NCBI GenBank assembly: GCA_030141605.1
Contig: JAQGDQ010000141.1
Span: forward strand, 248,001 to 312,000
Direction of reading: 5' to 3'
From: Tubiluchus corallicola
Taxonomy: Eukaryota > Animalia > Priapulida
Length of the DNA: 64,000 bases
In this document: piece after piece, positions 38,101 through 64,000 of the stretch
Numbering within the stretch: position 1 is the stretch's first letter
Layout: every line of letters starts with the position of its first letter
Made by a program: the position numbers and the translations under genes
Notes under the pieces: generated by a model
Seen by the model: only the letters and a program-made list of their open reading frames with translations
Told to the model about the DNA's origin: nothing
Database searches by the model: none

Positions 38101-38460
38101 TTAGTGGCATCCTGCAACATTTTACCAATTGGCAAAGACATTTAAATTATTATTTCTAGTTACATAGTAGTACATTCCAGTAGCTAAGTGAAATTTTAAG
38201 TAATGTAGATTTGCATGGAGTTTTTTGGGGCATAATTTAACATTCACGTAACATTTTCCACTGATTACATTTGTGTAGGTGATGTCATGTACATTGTAAC
38301 TGCGCGGTCGGGAATAGTATTGTGGGAAATTTAAAATGAAGACAAACAAAAATTCCTTTCAACACAAGTACGATATGCTGTAAACTAATATAACTTTGCT
38401 GTTAAGTAATATATTTTTTCTGAAACCTACTTCATGTACCCTTTAACAAAATGGTGCTAG
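38101..38460. repeat. Dispersed repeat, diverged copy at ~63083-63420
   Basis: Shared cattttaccaattggca..aaattatta..ctagttacata, cataatttaacatt, tttaaaatgaa..acaaacaaaaatt. Confidence 0.7.
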
Positions 38461-39243
38461 GATGTGCCAAAATTTGTTCTTCAACCTCCGATCTTATAAC
38501 ATTTAGAGATTAAAAGAAAAATAACTTCCAGCAGCCACTAAAGCGTAAACATAGCTATTTATTCCAACACAGTCATCTGCAACATTTCAACCATAGTGTG
38601 GTCATGATCATGAAACAAGCCACTTAATAAAAATATAATGTATAAAAATGAATTTTGAGGTCCAAAAAGTCCACATTGTGAAAGCAAACATAACAAAAAT
38701 TAACAAACATAACAAATATAGCAAAACATAACAAACATAACAAAACAATTACCAAACTGTAATCTTACAAATTATGTAGAAAATTGTCAAAAAACAGAAA
38801 ATATAAAGTTATATCTACAAAACAAAAATCATAGATGAATTCATGGACGTCTATGAGTCGGTCTTCTATGAATCTGTCTATGATTTTTGTTGTGTTGAGA
38901 TCAATAATGGATTCCAAATCGTTTAAAATATAAAGTTATGTTACCCCAACACAATTCATTCGCTGACTAATGCTCGTGCATGGCAATTTAAGAGAAACCC
39001 AACCATAACCATGTTAACGTGAAAACGTTGCAGATGACTGTGTTTGAATAGAAGCCATGTCTTGCTTAGTGGATGCTGTCAGTTATTTTCATTTTGAGAA
39101 TTCATTTTCCCCATCACCAATCGATTTTAAGATTATAATATCCAAAATATATTTCGTACAAATTTTTGCAACAAAAATATAGAAAAAAAATACGAATGAG
39201 ATCATTTGTTTGGATACCATAATTTACATGATCTAACATTTAT

Positions 39244-63753
<24,510 letters not shown>

Positions 63754-64000
63754 CTTGAAAGAAAAACATTTACGCAATTCAAATTCAGTGATTTCAAAGT
63801 TTCAAACCAACATTGTAACTTATGCCTAATTTCTCCAATGCAAAACAACAGAAGACGGACTGTATGGTGACAAAAATTTTAAAGTGAAAACTTATTAACT
63901 TTCTATCTATATTTTTTATTTCATTACAAAAACACCAGACAACAATACAACATAACAAAACACATTATGATAACACGGTATACATACGATTATACAATTA

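Overview
AT-rich, intron-rich animal (invertebrate-like) genomic DNA; no prokaryotic features, CRISPR array or structural RNA gene is supported. I assembled three genes by hand from GT-AG exons with consistent phases. (1) The 3' end of an AMPK gamma subunit gene (+, 226-1151) with two possible C-termini. (2) A complete TBK1/IKK-epsilon-family kinase gene (-, CDS 34798 to 5852, 20 coding exons, about 786 aa). (3) The 3' part of an adhesion GPCR gene (-, 63753 to 39244, 16 exons seen, at least 985 aa, Ig-SEA-like-HormR-GAIN/GPS-7TM) that continues beyond the window. Introns carry a deleted P-element/THAP transposon nested in a MITE, many Tc1/pogo and hAT MITEs, a Helentron/HINE-like element, LINE fragments and mini/microsatellites. 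The most unusual pattern is four independent tandem duplications of exon 3' ends at 5' splice donors. One is fixed in-frame and gives the kinase a doubled glycine-rich loop. Another is a 12x79-bp array that starts at a Helentron-like terminal hairpin and holds potential in-frame 42-nt cassette exons. Coordinates were counted manually and may be off by a few bases.
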